A DNA stretch of 64,000 nt from Nitrospiraceae bacterium (GTDB taxonomy: Bacteria > Nitrospirota > Nitrospiria > Nitrospirales > Nitrospiraceae), in contig JBFWWG010000004.1 of assembly GCA_050246315.1 (NCBI GenBank), forward strand, positions 128,001 to 192,000, read 5' to 3'. The notes below the pieces were generated by a model that saw only the letters and a program-made list of their open reading frames with translations, did not search any database and had not been told where the DNA came from. The translations under genes and the position numbers were made by a program. Positions 28,768 through 38,210 of this stretch are shown here, in pieces (position 1 is the stretch's first letter; every line of letters begins with the position of its first letter).

Positions 28768-30162
28768 TCAGCGCTTTAATGTGAGCAACGTCTGCAACAT
28801 TTCATCGGCCACAATGATGACACGGGAGGCGGCCTGAAAGGCGCGTTGCGACTGCATCATCTGCACCAGTTCTTCATCGACGGACACACCGGAAATTTCT
28901 GCGCGCCTCGCCTCCAGATGTTCGTGAATGATTTCCTGTGCGTCGAAGTCACGTTGGGCCGCCTGTGTTTTTGTTCCGATAGTTGTGACTATAGAATTGA
29001 AGTATTGATTGAAGTTCAGTCCACCCAAAGATGCGACAGTTTGGCTCTGAAGAGCTGAGACCGCAATTGCATTCGCGTTGTTCCCGGGAACCCCGGCCGC
29101 AGTGCTCGACGCCGCAACCGTTCGCCCGTCCGTCAGCGCCACGGCCATCGTCCTGGCCGTCACTCCTCCTGCGAGAAAAAAGTCCTGTCCCGTGGACCCG
29201 TCAAGTCCGAATCCCGAGCGATGCTGCAGATTGATCCCGGCCACCATCGCGGCAGCCAAGCTATCCAAGGAACCTTGTGCCGTCGGAATCTGCTGATCGC
29301 GCACATCGAGGATCGCCTTGAGGCGCCCGCCCCCGGTTGACGACGTGAGATCGACGGAGGCTCCGCCGCCGCCGTTGTACCGGACGTCCAGCAATCCGCT
29401 GTTCCCCGAGTCGGGCACTCCCACCAATTGGTAAGCCCGCCCCCTCTCCACCAACTGGTGGCCTTTCCCCACGAACACGGTAACCTGCCCAGTACTGTCC
29501 TCGATGGTCGAAATCTCGATCTGTTCCGAGAGGGCCCCGAGTAGCTGTCGCCGTTGATCGCGGAGATCGTTGGCCTGTTGCCCTCGACTTTCCGCGAGGC
29601 TGATCTCCTGATTGAGGTCGGCAATTTTCACGGAGAGGGCATTACTGTCCGCGATCGTCTGGCCGACCTCTGCATCGATCCCTTGGCGCTGGCGATCGAG
29701 GTCCGCCGTAGTCCGGTTGAATAGCTGAGCCAACGACGTGGCCCGGCTAAGCAACACAGTCCTGGTCGTGAGATCGGCAGGGTTGGTCGAGACATCCTGC
29801 CAGGCCTGGAAGAACTCATTGATGGTAGCGCCCAACCCCTGTTCGCCGGAGGTCCCCATACTGTCCTGGACGCGCAGCAGCCAACCGCGAGCGGCATCGA
29901 ATGTACCAAGCGCGCTACCAGACCGCAGCAATGAGTCCTCCACCACTCGGTCGACCTGCTGGCGAATCTCCGCGACCTGGACGCCGGACCCCACCTGCCC
30001 CGGCTGATCATTGAGTGGACGATTTTCCTGGAGGATCGGTTCTTGCCGGCTGTATCCGGGCGTGTTCACATTGGCGATATTGTGCCCGGTGACCATCGTT
30101 CTGCGCTGGGCGGCGGAGAGCGCGCTCTTCCCAATGTCGAACAGGTTCGTCAAGTTCATCAT
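28768..30162 (-). CDS. flgK: Hook-associated protein 1 FlgK
   Basis: GHNIANVNTPGYSRQ, ANDLRDQR and SGVSVDEE...FQAASR. Start overlaps the flgN stop (TAATG). Confidence 0.95.
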   Translation of the reverse strand: MMNLTNLFDIGKSALSAAQRRTMVTGHNIANVNTPGYSRQEPILQENRPLNDQPGQVGSGVQVAEIRQQVDRVVEDSLLRSGSALGTFDAARGWLLRVQDSMGTSGEQGLGATINEFFQAWQDVSTNPADLTTRTVLLSRATSLAQLFNRTTADLDRQRQGIDAEVGQTIADSNALSVKIADLNQEISLAESRGQQANDLRDQRRQLLGALSEQIEISTIEDSTGQVTVFVGKGHQLVERGRAYQLVGVPDSGNSGLLDVRYNGGGGASVDLTSSTGGGRLKAILDVRDQQIPTAQGSLDSLAAAMVAGINLQHRSGFGLDGSTGQDFFLAGGVTARTMAVALTDGRTVAASSTAAGVPGNNANAIAVSALQSQTVASLGGLNFNQYFNSIVTTIGTKTQAAQRDFDAQEIIHEHLEARRAEISGVSVDEELVQMMQSQRAFQAASRVIIVADEMLQTLLTLKR

Positions 30163-30671
30163 TAACCTCTGTGCGCGACGCGAGCTCCAGCAACCGCCGG
30201 CGTCCTGATCCCGGAAGCCGAATAGAGCCCCTCGTCTCCGCGGACCTGCCACAATCGGAGGGTGTGTTCCGCATGCTCCTGCAAGCCGGCCAGAGCAAAC
30301 CGATTCACGGCCATCCCGCCCCGCACTTCTTCCACCAGACTCGTCAACCGCCGACCCGCCGCATGTAGGCGCTCTCCGAGCTCTCTGCCGACTCGCGCCG
30401 CCACCCCAGACAGGCCCTCTGGACCGATCGCCCCTCTCCCATCCTGGCCCCTCCCCTCCAAACACTGAGCGCGTCTGATCTCCAGTTGTTCGAGCTGATG
30501 GATTGAATGGAACCGGCGTTGTGCGATGCGGTCCAACGAGAGGATTGAACATTGCCCCAAGGCATGTCGCTCTTCTTGTACAAGATCAGCCAGCACTTCA
30601 AGCTCAGCGATCTCTTGATCTAGCAGGCCGAGCAGCATGGTCACGGACTCCGTTACCGAGGAGTAGGACAT
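30162..30671 (-). CDS. flgN: Flagellar export chaperone FlgN
   Basis: Helical protein between flgM and flgK with a C-terminal Y...G motif. Confidence 0.75.
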   Translation of the reverse strand: MSYSSVTESVTMLLGLLDQEIAELEVLADLVQEERHALGQCSILSLDRIAQRRFHSIHQLEQLEIRRAQCLEGRGQDGRGAIGPEGLSGVAARVGRELGERLHAAGRRLTSLVEEVRGGMAVNRFALAGLQEHAEHTLRLWQVRGDEGLYSASGIRTPAVAGARVAHRG

Positions 30672-30710
30672 GGTTCACCCCACCCCAGTCATAGGACCGG
30701 GGACAACCAA

Positions 30711-31016
30711 TCAGAGGATACTGTCGATCAAGGTGTGTCGAATGAGACGATCTCCTACGGCTCGACCGCGGACGTCATAGGTTCCGGTATCGACCGCCTG
30801 TTTGAGTTCCGCGAGCCGTTGATCCCGAGCCGGATCGGCAGCACGTGTCAGCTCACCGACCTGTCGCATCTCTTTGGCCGCATGGGAAATTTCCACCCGG
30901 TCCGCTCCGGAGGGAACCGCCTTGAGAGTTTTGTCGGCGGTGGGTCGATCGGCTTCCTGCACGCCCAGCAGCAGCCTACCCAGATCGTCAATACGGCCAT
31001 GTCTGGAAATCTCCAT
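30711..31016 (-). CDS. flgM: Anti-sigma28 factor FlgM
   Basis: DRVEIS and RLAELKQAVDTGTYDV motifs. Confidence 0.9.
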   Translation of the reverse strand: MEISRHGRIDDLGRLLLGVQEADRPTADKTLKAVPSGADRVEISHAAKEMRQVGELTRAADPARDQRLAELKQAVDTGTYDVRGRAVGDRLIRHTLIDSIL

Positions 31017-31136
31017 GGCGTTCCTCCATCCCTGCCTTCGATTGATGATTCGGCCGCGCTCAGATTGTCCACGGCAACCGGAAAAGCCTCCTCACGTGCT
31101 TCTCCCCACCTTTTCTGTCTCAAGTTTCGCGAGAAG

Positions 31137-31595
31137 CTATCGTGCCTGCTTCTGCCTCAACGAGTGGAGATGGGCGTCCGCCCGCCCCGGCGGCGCTGGT
31201 CGCCCACTGTGTATATCGGCTGCGGCAACTCCAGACTTGAGCGGGCCTCCGGCCGGTTCCATAGAATTCGGCGGATCCAGTATCTGCTCCAGGGCTCGCG
31301 CCAATCCCAACCCTCCGGCTTCGGCAGCCCGCCTCCCAATCTCGGCATCGTACAAGGAATACCAGGTCTGGGCGGCCTTGCTTTCAAAGGGACCGGCCGG
31401 TATCGTCTGGCGCATGACCGTCAGGAGGTGTGAGATGAAATAGCCCTCGAATTGCTGGGCCGCTTCTTTGGGGCTGACCGAATTGGTGGATAACCGCGCC
31501 GCCAACTCGTCGCCCGCGATGGGACGAGAGGTCGGCATGAATCCCGAAGCGATTTCCCACGGATGACTCTGGAACCCGTCCAGGTTGACCTTCAT
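31137..31595 (-). CDS. flgJ: Short FlgJ-like rod-binding protein (no muramidase domain)
   Basis: EAAQQFEGYFI..L..MR.T and GGLGLA..L motifs. Start at ATG 31595. Confidence 0.75.
   Translation of the reverse strand: MKVNLDGFQSHPWEIASGFMPTSRPIAGDELAARLSTNSVSPKEAAQQFEGYFISHLLTVMRQTIPAGPFESKAAQTWYSLYDAEIGRRAAEAGGLGLARALEQILDPPNSMEPAGGPLKSGVAAADIHSGRPAPPGRADAHLHSLRQKQAR
31213..31240 (-). promoter_or_regulatory. sigma28 promoter for flgM-flgN-flgK-flgL (inside the flgJ 3' end)
   Basis: TCAAGTCT-N12-GCCGATAT. Confidence 0.8.
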
Positions 31596-31701
31596 ACCTA
31601 CCTTTAGTTGAACCGGCCGTCCTTTTGATTGCTCTTGACGGCCAGAGAAGACGCCTATCGAGATTCTCTTCCTGCTCTTGAACAGCTCCCTCGACCGCCC
31701 A

Positions 31702-32850
31702 TCAAATGATTTCAAGATTGGCTTGCAGCGCGCCGGCTGACTTCAGTGCGGACAAGATGGCGACCAAGTCCCGCGGCGTAACGCCGACCGCGTTCAGCGC
31801 CTGGACCACATCCCCCAATGTGACGGTCTCATCAATCACGACCAGTCTCGACTCCTGTTCCTTGATCTCGGTTTGGACATCGGGCGTCACAGTCGTCTGC
31901 CCCCCGGTTGACCCGACGATCGGCGCCGGCGGTTGTGAGACGTTTAACGTGTTCTTCACCGAAACGATCAGGTTGCCGTGGGAGATCGCACAGTTGGAGA
32001 TCCGCACATGCTGGCCCAGCACTACGGTGCCGGTCCGCTCGTTCACCACCACCTTGGCCGGCGTATCGACGACCACATTCTGTCCTTCTAAGGCGGCGAT
32101 GTAATGGGCGACCCGCCCCCGATAATCGGCCGGTACCGTCGCGCGCACCAACCCCGCATTGACCGGGGTAGCGGTGCCTGATCCGAAGACGCCATCGATG
32201 GCCTCGGCCACCCGGATCGCAGTCGTGAAGTCGGCATGCCGGAGGAGCACGGAGACCGAGTCCCATGCATCCAGGTCGACGACGACTTCCTTTTCAATGA
32301 GCGCGCCGCTCGGCACCACTCCCGCAGCCTGATGGTTCTTGACGACTGTGCTTCCTCCTGGGCCGCCGACCCCTCCAAGAAACCCGCCGATCGAAATCGG
32401 ACCCTGCGCCACGGCATAGACCTGCTGGTTGGGCGCTTTCAAGGGCGTGAGTAGCAGCGTGCCTCCCTGCAGGCTCTTGGCATTCGCCATCGACGACACG
32501 ATCGCATCGATAGCCATGCCGGGTTTGCCAAACGGCGGCAGTTTTGCTGTCACCATCACCGATGCAATGTTGCGAGTGAGCAATTGAATCGGATCGATCA
32601 CCAGATTGATCCCCATTTTATTCAACATCGACATCATCGCCTGGACCGTGAACTGCCCACCGATGACCTGGTCGCCAGTCCGGTCCAATCCGACAACCAG
32701 ACCGTAGCCGATAAGCTGGTTCTCGCGAACACCTTCAATGGACCCGACGTCTTTGATCCGCACCGCCAAAGCCGGGTCGGCCAGCAAGGTCACGAGCAAC
32801 CACAGGATCAGCACGCCGCACCGTCTGCTGCGACGAAACATTGCGCTCAT
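31702..32850 (-). CDS. flgI: P-ring protein FlgI
   Basis: RIKD...GVRENQLIGYGLVVGL, AKSLQGGTLL.TPL and VVVNERTGTVV motifs. Confidence 0.96.
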   Translation of the reverse strand: MSAMFRRSRRCGVLILWLLVTLLADPALAVRIKDVGSIEGVRENQLIGYGLVVGLDRTGDQVIGGQFTVQAMMSMLNKMGINLVIDPIQLLTRNIASVMVTAKLPPFGKPGMAIDAIVSSMANAKSLQGGTLLLTPLKAPNQQVYAVAQGPISIGGFLGGVGGPGGSTVVKNHQAAGVVPSGALIEKEVVVDLDAWDSVSVLLRHADFTTAIRVAEAIDGVFGSGTATPVNAGLVRATVPADYRGRVAHYIAALEGQNVVVDTPAKVVVNERTGTVVLGQHVRISNCAISHGNLIVSVKNTLNVSQPPAPIVGSTGGQTTVTPDVQTEIKEQESRLVVIDETVTLGDVVQALNAVGVTPRDLVAILSALKSAGALQANLEII

Positions 32851-32890
32851 GGCGACTCCTTGCGGGTGTTCATGTCAAACTTTCGATCGC

Positions 32891-33103
32891 TCATGCGACC
32901 GGCTGGCGGTGGAAGATCCGCCCCCACCAACTTGCAGGGGCGGCCTCATGGTGCACGGCCGGCTCGGTCTCTCTGTCGGCTTCACCACTCTCCCGAACCG
33001 CCAGCATCAAGGGTCTCACCGAATCGGCGGGGCGGACCACCCCGCTCGCCACAAGCAACCACATCGGAACCCGTTGCCATTCCCGCTGTCGCTCCATCGC
33101 CAT
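32891..33103 (-). CDS. Small hypothetical protein (70 aa) between flgH and flgI
   Basis: Strong SD (GGAGGGAGGA) directly before ATG 33103; co-directional and fills an otherwise empty ~300-bp gap. Confidence 0.5.
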   Translation of the reverse strand: MAMERQREWQRVPMWLLVASGVVRPADSVRPLMLAVRESGEADRETEPAVHHEAAPASWWGRIFHRQPVA

Positions 33104-33157
33104 TCCTCCCTCCGCTCTTCCCGCTGGTGGCCGGCACCCCATTCCACTGACACTCGA

Positions 33158-33907
33158 CTAGAACGGATAGATCCAGTCCAGAATCCTCGTAAACCAACCT
33201 GGTCGCTGGACATCATCCACCACGCCGAGCCCGGAATATTCGATCTTGGCGTTTGCAATGGCAGAAGACAGTACGGTATTTTTCGTATCTACATCCACCC
33301 GCCGGACATGCCCGCTCAACACCATCCGCTGCCGTTCGCTATTGACCGTGACTTCGCGATGGCCCTCGATCCGCAAGTCCCCGTTAGGCAGGACTTCCAG
33401 CACCATCGCCGACAGCGTGCCGGTTAACGTATCGGCTCGGCTGGTTGCGCCCTTGCCGCCGAACTTGTTCTTGGCGCTGACTTCGATGCCCAAGCTCTGC
33501 CGTGCGTTCTCACTCAGACTCACGCCGGGGACACCGAGATAGCCTCGACCGGTGCCAGCCATGCTGTGATCAATCGTGGATTCCCGTTCGGCTGTGGTGT
33601 CTGCACTCTTCGATCCCTTATGGTTTTCCACGATCTTCACGGTCAGGATGTCCCCCACCCGCATCGCCCGGAGGTCTTCATAGAGATAGGCACGGCCGTT
33701 TTCTTCCTGCCATAAGGACCCGACGGTTTTCGGCGGCGGCAGCGGCTGTACGGTGATGCCGGGTGGCTTGGAAGCATCCGTACTGCAGCCGGACCACAAC
33801 GCGAAGCAGACCAGGGACCAGACCAGTCCATCACACAAGGCCCTTCTGTCGGACAGTTTACGTAGGTGCATCAGATCGAACGACGCCCGGAAGGATTCGG
33901 GAACCAT
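33158..33907 (-). CDS. flgH: L-ring lipoprotein FlgH
   Basis: Lipobox-like WSGC, LYEDLRA.RVGDILTV, VLPNGDL.IEG and IANAKIEY.G. True start may be 33871. Confidence 0.93.
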   Translation of the reverse strand: MVPESFRASFDLMHLRKLSDRRALCDGLVWSLVCFALWSGCSTDASKPPGITVQPLPPPKTVGSLWQEENGRAYLYEDLRAMRVGDILTVKIVENHKGSKSADTTAERESTIDHSMAGTGRGYLGVPGVSLSENARQSLGIEVSAKNKFGGKGATSRADTLTGTLSAMVLEVLPNGDLRIEGHREVTVNSERQRMVLSGHVRRVDVDTKNTVLSSAIANAKIEYSGLGVVDDVQRPGWFTRILDWIYPF

Positions 33908-33919
33908 CTATCACCCCGG

Positions 33920-34747
33920 TCAGAATTCGACGCGGACCAGTCCCGGCCCGGCCACAAGGCCGCGCACGTCCTTTCCCGAATCCTGGTTGGTCACGGTGAC
34001 ATATTGTCCGAGTTGCGCCGCCGCTTTGGTGATGCCCATTGTTTGAATGGAAAGCCCACCCCGCCGGGCTTCGATCATGACCCGGTCGCCTTTACGCACG
34101 GTAAAAGGTTTCACCAGGGAAGACCCGCGAATGGGCATCTGCGGCTGGAGGACCTTTCCGGGACTCTTCCCGATCGCCTCTTCCGGATTCATCAGAAAAT
34201 GGTGCGGCACACCGTTGACCTTGACCCGCACCACGTCAATATCCTCGGCCTCGATCAACTCATCCGGCTTCAGCATCCGCGTCGGAGCCACCACGTCCGC
34301 GTAGAGCGAGACATCGGCGATCACATCGAGCGACTCGGTCTCGTGTCCGGCCACCAGCGGAACGATCCGAAATCGGCGGCGACCCGCCGTATCCGCTCCT
34401 CCACCGCTCGCGACCGTTATTTTGAGCGGGCCAGCCGGACGCACGACCGGCTCGGAGGGATCCAGAACCTCCGCCTCGACTTCGCCCACGCGGCCGCTGA
34501 ATCGGGCTTCCAGATAGGCGACGATGGCTTTCCGAAGTTGGTCAACCGTAATGTGTTGCACGCTCTGTTTTGCGCTATGCGAGGCCTTGCCGGCATTCGG
34601 TTTGTCCGCATGGTCGGATGTCGCCCTGGTCGCGGAGGTGGGACCGGAGCCGGCAGAGGCGGATACGATTCCGAAGGCGGAACCGGTCAATAGAAGGACT
34701 CCCATCAGCAGCACAATCCGACGAGACTGGTCAGGGTACCGCATCAT
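33920..34747 (-). CDS. flgA: P-ring formation chaperone FlgA
   Basis: Signal-like N-terminus, SAF-like region and VRKGDRV...GQYVTVTN.DSGK.V.G.V. Confidence 0.9.
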   Translation of the reverse strand: MMRYPDQSRRIVLLMGVLLLTGSAFGIVSASAGSGPTSATRATSDHADKPNAGKASHSAKQSVQHITVDQLRKAIVAYLEARFSGRVGEVEAEVLDPSEPVVRPAGPLKITVASGGGADTAGRRRFRIVPLVAGHETESLDVIADVSLYADVVAPTRMLKPDELIEAEDIDVVRVKVNGVPHHFLMNPEEAIGKSPGKVLQPQMPIRGSSLVKPFTVRKGDRVMIEARRGGLSIQTMGITKAAAQLGQYVTVTNQDSGKDVRGLVAGPGLVRVEF

Positions 34748-34749
34748 GC

Positions 34750-35541
34750 CTACCGTCGGATGTTATTCGCGATCGCCATCATCTCGTCGGAGGCCTGGAT
34801 GGTTTTTGAGTTGATCTCGTAGCTCCGTTGCGCAATGATCATATTGACCATTTCTTCCGCCAGGTTGACGTTGGAACTTTCCACGAATCCCTGCTGAATC
34901 AGCCCGAATCCGGTCGAGAATCCGGGGATGCCTTGAATCGCCGGTCCGGACGCGAAACTATCCAGAAAGAGGTTGTTCCCCATCGCCACCAGCCCGGATG
35001 GGTTATCAAACCGCACGAGCTGGATCTGCCCGACCTGAGACGCCTGCGTCACCCCCGGCAACAGCACCGACACGGTTCCATCCTGGCCAATGTCGACCTT
35101 GAGCGCACCGGAGGGAATCGTAATGACGGGATTCAACAGATCGCCGTCTCCGGTGACCAGGTTGCCGACGTTATCGCGCTTGAACGCCCCGTTGCGGGTA
35201 AACATGATGGTCCCGTCCGGACGAGACACCTGGAAGAACCCCGGACCGTCGATCGCCACATCCATGTCGTTTCCGGTCTGTTTCATGTTGCCCTGTTGCC
35301 ATTCCTTCGCGACGGTCGTCGGCCGCACGCCCGCCCCCACCTGAATACCGGCCGGGAACACGCCGACACTCGACGCGCTGGTGCCAGGCATCCGTTGAAT
35401 CTGATACAGGAGGTCGGCGAATTCCGCCCGACTGCGCTTGAAGGCGTTGGTATTCACGTTCGCCAGATTGTGCGCGATCGTATCGACATTGAGTTGTTGA
35501 GCCGTCATCCCCGTTGCCGCGGTCCACATGGCTCGAATCAT
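34750..35541 (-). CDS. flgG: Distal rod protein FlgG
   Basis: MIRAMWTAATGM.AQQ..NLANVNT and LAEEMVNMI.AQRSYE.NSK. Confidence 0.96.
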   Translation of the reverse strand: MIRAMWTAATGMTAQQLNVDTIAHNLANVNTNAFKRSRAEFADLLYQIQRMPGTSASSVGVFPAGIQVGAGVRPTTVAKEWQQGNMKQTGNDMDVAIDGPGFFQVSRPDGTIMFTRNGAFKRDNVGNLVTGDGDLLNPVITIPSGALKVDIGQDGTVSVLLPGVTQASQVGQIQLVRFDNPSGLVAMGNNLFLDSFASGPAIQGIPGFSTGFGLIQQGFVESSNVNLAEEMVNMIIAQRSYEINSKTIQASDEMMAIANNIRR

Positions 35542-35584
35542 CAGGTCCTCCGACGGTCGTTCCCGTCACGCTCGAACATGAAGG

Positions 35585-36352
35585 TTATCCCACCCGTCCC
35601 ACGTCCTGAACCGCCAGTTCGGCCATCCGGTCGATGGTCTGAATCATCTTTTGCGCGGATTCGTACGACCGCATACCCTGGATCAGCTTCACCATCTCGC
35701 TGAGCGGATTCACATTGGACTCTTCCACAGCGGCGCTCATAATGGTCGGGAGTTTCTGATCCGCCCCTCCCTCTCCCGCGAAAAGACTCTCCGCCACCTT
35801 ATGAGGCATTCGCTGCTCCGGAAACTCAACGACCTTCACGGTTCCGACCGGCTGGCCACCCACGGAGATGGCGCCTCTCCCGTCAATGACCACCTCACCG
35901 GGCGGCAGTTTCAGCTCGCCCTTCGTACCCATCACCGGAAAGCCGGCCTGCGTCACCAATCGCCGTTTCTCATCCAGATGAAATACGCCATTCCTCGTAT
36001 AGCGGAAACCCTCTGGCGTGCGCACTTCGAAGAATCCGGACCCATCGATCGCCAAGTCGAGGGGATTGCCGGTTGTTCGCAGCCGCCCGGAATCAAATTG
36101 GGTATGGTTCCCGTGTGGCCCGACGAAGACCCGCTCGGCCGCACCACCAACCGGTTGCGTCATTCCGGAAACCAGCCGGATCTGAGACTCGGGCGAAGGG
36201 ACAAGGCGGCGATGCGGGAGCAGGGCCTGAAACAGCGGTTCCTCCTGCTTGAACCCCTTGGTGTTCACGTTGGCGATATTGTGTGCGAAAACCTGGGTCC
36301 GCTGTTCCTGTGCCAGCGCTCCGGACAGGATAGGGTAGATGCCTCGATTCAT
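35585..36352 (-). CDS. flgF: Rod protein FlgF
   Basis: NIANVNTKGFK, TGNPLDLAI.G.GFF and ESNVN...EM; upstream of flgG. Confidence 0.9.
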   Translation of the reverse strand: MNRGIYPILSGALAQEQRTQVFAHNIANVNTKGFKQEEPLFQALLPHRRLVPSPESQIRLVSGMTQPVGGAAERVFVGPHGNHTQFDSGRLRTTGNPLDLAIDGSGFFEVRTPEGFRYTRNGVFHLDEKRRLVTQAGFPVMGTKGELKLPPGEVVIDGRGAISVGGQPVGTVKVVEFPEQRMPHKVAESLFAGEGGADQKLPTIMSAAVEESNVNPLSEMVKLIQGMRSYESAQKMIQTIDRMAELAVQDVGRVG

Positions 36353-36392
36353 CGTCGATTCTCCATCGTCTCCTCAACGGCTACCATTCCGT

Positions 36393-36408
36393 AGCAACCC
36401 ATGTGCCA
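36393..36408 (-). promoter_or_regulatory. sigma54 promoter for flgF-flgG-flgA-flgH-flgI
   Basis: TGGCAC-ATGGG-TTGCT, a consensus -24/-12 element. Confidence 0.9.
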
Positions 36409-36558
36409 TCGTCGAGTCGTTCAAACCGCCTCATTCTGCGCGGCGGATCGGAGGTTTCGTGCATACCGTCTGATGCCGGCAAGCGTTGACCTGGTTCCTT
36501 CCTCCCCAGTGGGAAAAGTTTTCCCTCCTGCCCATCCAGCTTGCTCCTGCATCCTCGT

Positions 36559-37332
36559 TCAGCTTTGCAGCATCTGGAGCTTGGCTTTCAATCGAACGAT
36601 CGTTTTCGCATGGATCTGACAGATGCGCGATTCGGTGATCGAGAGGATCCCGCCGATCTCCTTCATGGTCAACTCTTCGCAATAGTAGAGCGTCAGCACC
36701 AACCGCTCCTTCTCGGGCAACTCCTCAATCGCCCGCTCGAGCGCGCGCCGGACATCCTCGGTCACGACATGGGACAGCGGATCGGGGTGCTGCGTATCCA
36801 CCAGCATGCGGAGTATCTTGTCTCCGTCTGAATCCTGCACCGCCAGATCCTCCAGGCTCATGACGATCGCGCCCTGCGCCTGGGTGAGAAAGTCGGACAG
36901 CTCGCCGACGGACATCTGCAACGCCAAGGCCAGCTCGTCTTCCGTAGGCGCTCGACCGTGCCGACGCATCAATTCCAACTCGGTCTTGTGCAACAGCGTG
37001 ATGCGCTCGTGGACGGACCGCGGTATCCAGTCCATGGACCGAATCTCGTCGAGCATGGCGCCTCGAATGCGAAACTCCGCGTAGGTCTTGAAGTTCGCCT
37101 CTCTCGTGGGATCGTATTTGGTCATCGCATCCATCAGGCCGATCACGCCGACTGAAATCAGGTCTTCGACATCCATATAGGCCGGTAGTCGAAAGGCCAA
37201 CCGATGCGCCATGATCCTGATCAAGGGGGCGAATTCCTGAATGATGCGCTCCCGGTCCGTCCCTATCGAGACTCCCATCGTCTTGGGGACGGCCCTCGTC
37301 CGTCCAAGGGCCGCTTGGTGGTCTTGTTTCAT
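36559..37332 (-). CDS. fliA: RNA polymerase sigma factor FliA (sigma28)
   Basis: DLISVGVIGL, FKTYAEFRIRGAMLDEIR..DW.PRS and YYCEELTMKEIG..L.ITESRICQ. Confidence 0.96.
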   Translation of the reverse strand: MKQDHQAALGRTRAVPKTMGVSIGTDRERIIQEFAPLIRIMAHRLAFRLPAYMDVEDLISVGVIGLMDAMTKYDPTREANFKTYAEFRIRGAMLDEIRSMDWIPRSVHERITLLHKTELELMRRHGRAPTEDELALALQMSVGELSDFLTQAQGAIVMSLEDLAVQDSDGDKILRMLVDTQHPDPLSHVVTEDVRRALERAIEELPEKERLVLTLYYCEELTMKEIGGILSITESRICQIHAKTIVRLKAKLQMLQS

Positions 37333-37349
37333 GATCCCTCGTCCAACAT

Positions 37350-38210
37350 TCACGCTTGCATGAGGAGCCGGTGCCAGAAAAACTGGACTCCTCCTTTGAG
37401 ATGACGGGCCGGCTCCCATTCCAACACGACTTCGGCCAGACGCCGAAACGCGGCGCTGGACGGCGCATGGGGAAAGGCGGCCAGCACGGCCTGTTGGCGC
37501 TGCACGGCCATGGGGAGGTAGTCGTCGGCGGGAATCATCCCCGCGTAATCGATCGAGATATTCAGAAAACGGCCGGAGACGAGCAACAGCCGTCGATACA
37601 CCTCCAGAGCCTCACGCCGACTCTTGGCCATGTTCACCAACAACCGGAACCGGGTTTCGCGATACCGTTGGGCAAGCACCTTCATCACCGCATAGGCATC
37701 CGCCATCGAGGTTGGTTCGGGAGAGGCGACGACCAGGATCTCTTGCGAGGCAGCTGCAAAGAACAATACGTTGGACGAGATGCCGGCTCCGGTGTCGAGC
37801 AACAGCACGTCGATCGAGGGCGCCAGTTGCTCCAACTCTTCTTGAATCACCACCTGCTGTTCGGAGGATAGGGCGGTCAAGTCCCATTCGGCAGAGCCGG
37901 CTGGCAGAATCATAATCCCCTCAGGGCCGCGCACCATGATCTCGGACAGCCGACGCTCTCCGGCCAAGACATGCGAAAGCGTGTAGCGCGGGACGATCCC
38001 GAGCAGCACATCCACGTTACCCAACCCAATGTCGGCATCGAGCACCAGCACGCGCTGCCCCGCCTGCGCAAGCGCAATACCCAGATTGAGCACCACGTTC
38101 GTCTTGCCGACTCCCCCTTTTCCGCTCGTCACGGCAATCACGCGGAATGCCGGCGGCGACGGCGGCCCAATCGGCTCCCGAGGGTTTGCGACCGTTACGG
38201 TGTCGTCCAT
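37350..38210 (-). CDS. flhG: MinD-like flagellar number regulator FlhG/FleN
   Basis: TSGKGGVGKT, DADIGLGNVD, DTGAGI and PEPTSMADAYA; downstream of flhF. Confidence 0.92.
   Translation of the reverse strand: MDDTVTVANPREPIGPPSPPAFRVIAVTSGKGGVGKTNVVLNLGIALAQAGQRVLVLDADIGLGNVDVLLGIVPRYTLSHVLAGERRLSEIMVRGPEGIMILPAGSAEWDLTALSSEQQVVIQEELEQLAPSIDVLLLDTGAGISSNVLFFAAASQEILVVASPEPTSMADAYAVMKVLAQRYRETRFRLLVNMAKSRREALEVYRRLLLVSGRFLNISIDYAGMIPADDYLPMAVQRQQAVLAAFPHAPSSAAFRRLAEVVLEWEPARHLKGGVQFFWHRLLMQA

Noticed and set aside
31629..31644. sigma54-like TGGCCGTCAAGAGC upstream of flgJ
   Set aside because: GG-to-GC spacing is 9 nt rather than the required 10.
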